Below are positions 23,548 through 24,725 of a stretch of DNA of 24,725 bases, one piece after another. The stretch is from assembly GCA_038877255.1 (NCBI GenBank), contig JAVYWZ010000011.1, positions 1 to 24,725 of the forward strand, read 5' to 3'. This DNA is from Candidatus Micrarchaeaceae archaeon (GTDB lineage: Archaea; Micrarchaeota; Micrarchaeia; Micrarchaeales; CABMGC01). The position numbers and the translations under genes are program-made. Every line of letters starts with the position of its first letter. Within the stretch, counting starts at the first letter, position 1. The notes beneath the pieces were generated by a model. The model had not been told where the DNA came from and ran no database searches. It saw only the letters and a list, made by a program, of their open reading frames with translations.

Positions 23548-24337
23548 AGTCAATACCTAATTCATTCATCTTTTTAATCATTTCTTGCCTTTCAACAGCG
23601 TTGAACGAATGCCAGTCAATTACTGCAAGCTCTGGCTTCTGCCTGCTTCTCTCAAATGCCTGATCAAGCATAAAGGAATTGTTAGTACCATCTTCGTTTC
23701 CAAAGGCATACTTAGGCATTATGTGCGCAAAGGCGTATCCTTTTGAGAATGCCAACTGTGAAAATTTAGCAGGGTAATGGTTTGAACCTATGCCTATTAC
23801 TACCTTATTGTATTCTGCTGCTGAGCCTAGCGAGTCGATAAGCGCAGCGCCGAGAACCCCTGCAAGCTCCTTGCTTGCTACTGTTTTGTCATTGCCGCCT
23901 ATTTCGACGAATAGGCATGGAGTTTTCAGCAAAGGGCCATGGTGTGTAGCTTCGTAAGTAAGCTCGATCTTTATTTCCTTATCGAGCATTGCTTTAGCAT
24001 GCTGCAAAACGCCAAGCATCTCAACCGGCGACGCAACAGAAAGTTCGTGGGGCTTGCCGCCAAGCTCAGCCTTGTCGTTCCAATTGCCAGTCGCGTGTAC
24101 TGTAAATGCGCTAACGCCAGCGGCGCTTACGTGCTTGCTGAGCATGTAAGCAATGTCAAAGCCCATAGAGTCTACAAGCTCCGCATTGATGAGCGGCACG
24201 CTGCTCTCAACAAGCATAGCATTGAGCTCTTTTGAAAAACTGCCTTTGTTCGTTTCCTCGAAATCCGCATGCGTTGAAACGTATTCCGCAAGATTCATTG
24301 AAGCCTCATCATTCTTGTTGAAAATTATGCCAATCAT
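23534..24337 (-). CDS. dtdA: D-aminoacyl-tRNA deacylase, archaeal DTD2/GEK1 type
   Basis: D.AS.N, LSKHVS, FTVHATGNW, GG.P..L, EATHHGP, FVEIG, HY, HIMPKY. True start ATG 24337; the ORF-track hydrophobic extension is unlikely to be real. Confidence 0.92.
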   Translation of the reverse strand: MIGIIFNKNDEASMNLAEYVSTHADFEETNKGSFSKELNAMLVESSVPLINAELVDSMGFDIAYMLSKHVSAAGVSAFTVHATGNWNDKAELGGKPHELSVASPVEMLGVLQHAKAMLDKEIKIELTYEATHHGPLLKTPCLFVEIGGNDKTVASKELAGVLGAALIDSLGSAAEYNKVVIGIGSNHYPAKFSQLAFSKGYAFAHIMPKYAFGNEDGTNNSFMLDQAFERSRQKPELAVIDWHSFNAVERQEMIKKMNELGIDYERA

Positions 24338-24510
24338 AAAACAATATAAAACATGAAGAAATAAATAAGCAAGATAAGCAAGAGAGAACAGATCAGAAGC
24401 GGCAGCTAAAGCAGTAGCAAGAATAGTGATGAATATAGCTACCAGCAAAACAAAATAAGGTTGCTAGGCAAACAAATTAAAAGGAATGCTTTATGTGCTG
24501 TTTTGTCACT

Positions 24511-24725
24511 TTAGTCCCTCAGCATTCCAAATAACCTATTTATGTCCCCAAAGTCCATTCTAAATATATTATTTATTAACTCAATGTCTCCACGCATCAT
24601 CTTTATAATCTCACCGTCTTGCGATTCAGGATACCCCAGTGCGCCTATCTCAATCGTGCGCGCCCTTTTGTAATAGCGTAGATAATACAGAACTTCCTCT
24701 CCACCTGTTTTTATTTTAAAGTCCA
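24511..24725 (-). CDS. Hypothetical protein, C-terminal part (runs in from window end)
   Basis: Open frame DFKIKTGGEEVLYYLRYYKRARTIEIGALGYPESQDGEIIKMMRGDIELINNIFRMDFGDINRLFGMLRD* ending at TAA 24513-24511. Confidence 0.6.
   Translation of the reverse strand, partial: DFKIKTGGEEVLYYLRYYKRARTIEIGALGYPESQDGEIIKMMRGDIELINNIFRMDFGDINRLFGMLRD

Noticed and set aside
24338..24448. Hydrophobic N-terminal extension making DTD2 membrane-bound
   Set aside because: Family homology begins at MIGIIF (ATG 24337); the extension comes from a TTG in low-complexity intergenic DNA with a short ATAAGCAAG duplication.

Overview
This is an archaeal chromosomal window, most likely DPANN Micrarchaeota-like. That is an inference from the AglB, archaeal histone, Rpp21, DTD2, split ADP-forming acetyl-CoA synthetase, GGTGA-type Shine-Dalgarno sites and a KAQSAMEYLMTYGWAILII class III signal peptide. 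It holds about 27 protein genes, mostly housekeeping, redox and surface functions. I saw no rRNA, tRNA, CRISPR array or intact transposase. The most striking unexplained element is at 4170-4751. There, a GC-rich minus-strand candidate small RNA (three GAAA-capped hairpins in a four-way junction, with its own TATA box and a U-rich end) lies back-to-back with an orphan 109-aa ORF. The RNA is complementary over about 35 nt to that ORF's 5' UTR, Shine-Dalgarno and start codon, the layout of divergent antisense or type I toxin-antitoxin loci. Other points of interest are degenerate IS200/IS605-type end or omegaRNA remnants, a pilin-like adhesin with a compositionally distinct internal cassette, a HerA-nuclease fusion, a histone lacking tetramerisation residues, a transcarbamylase missing its conserved Arg and a tail-anchored tandem winged-helix protein. 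All family calls come from motif recognition by eye; no database search was run.
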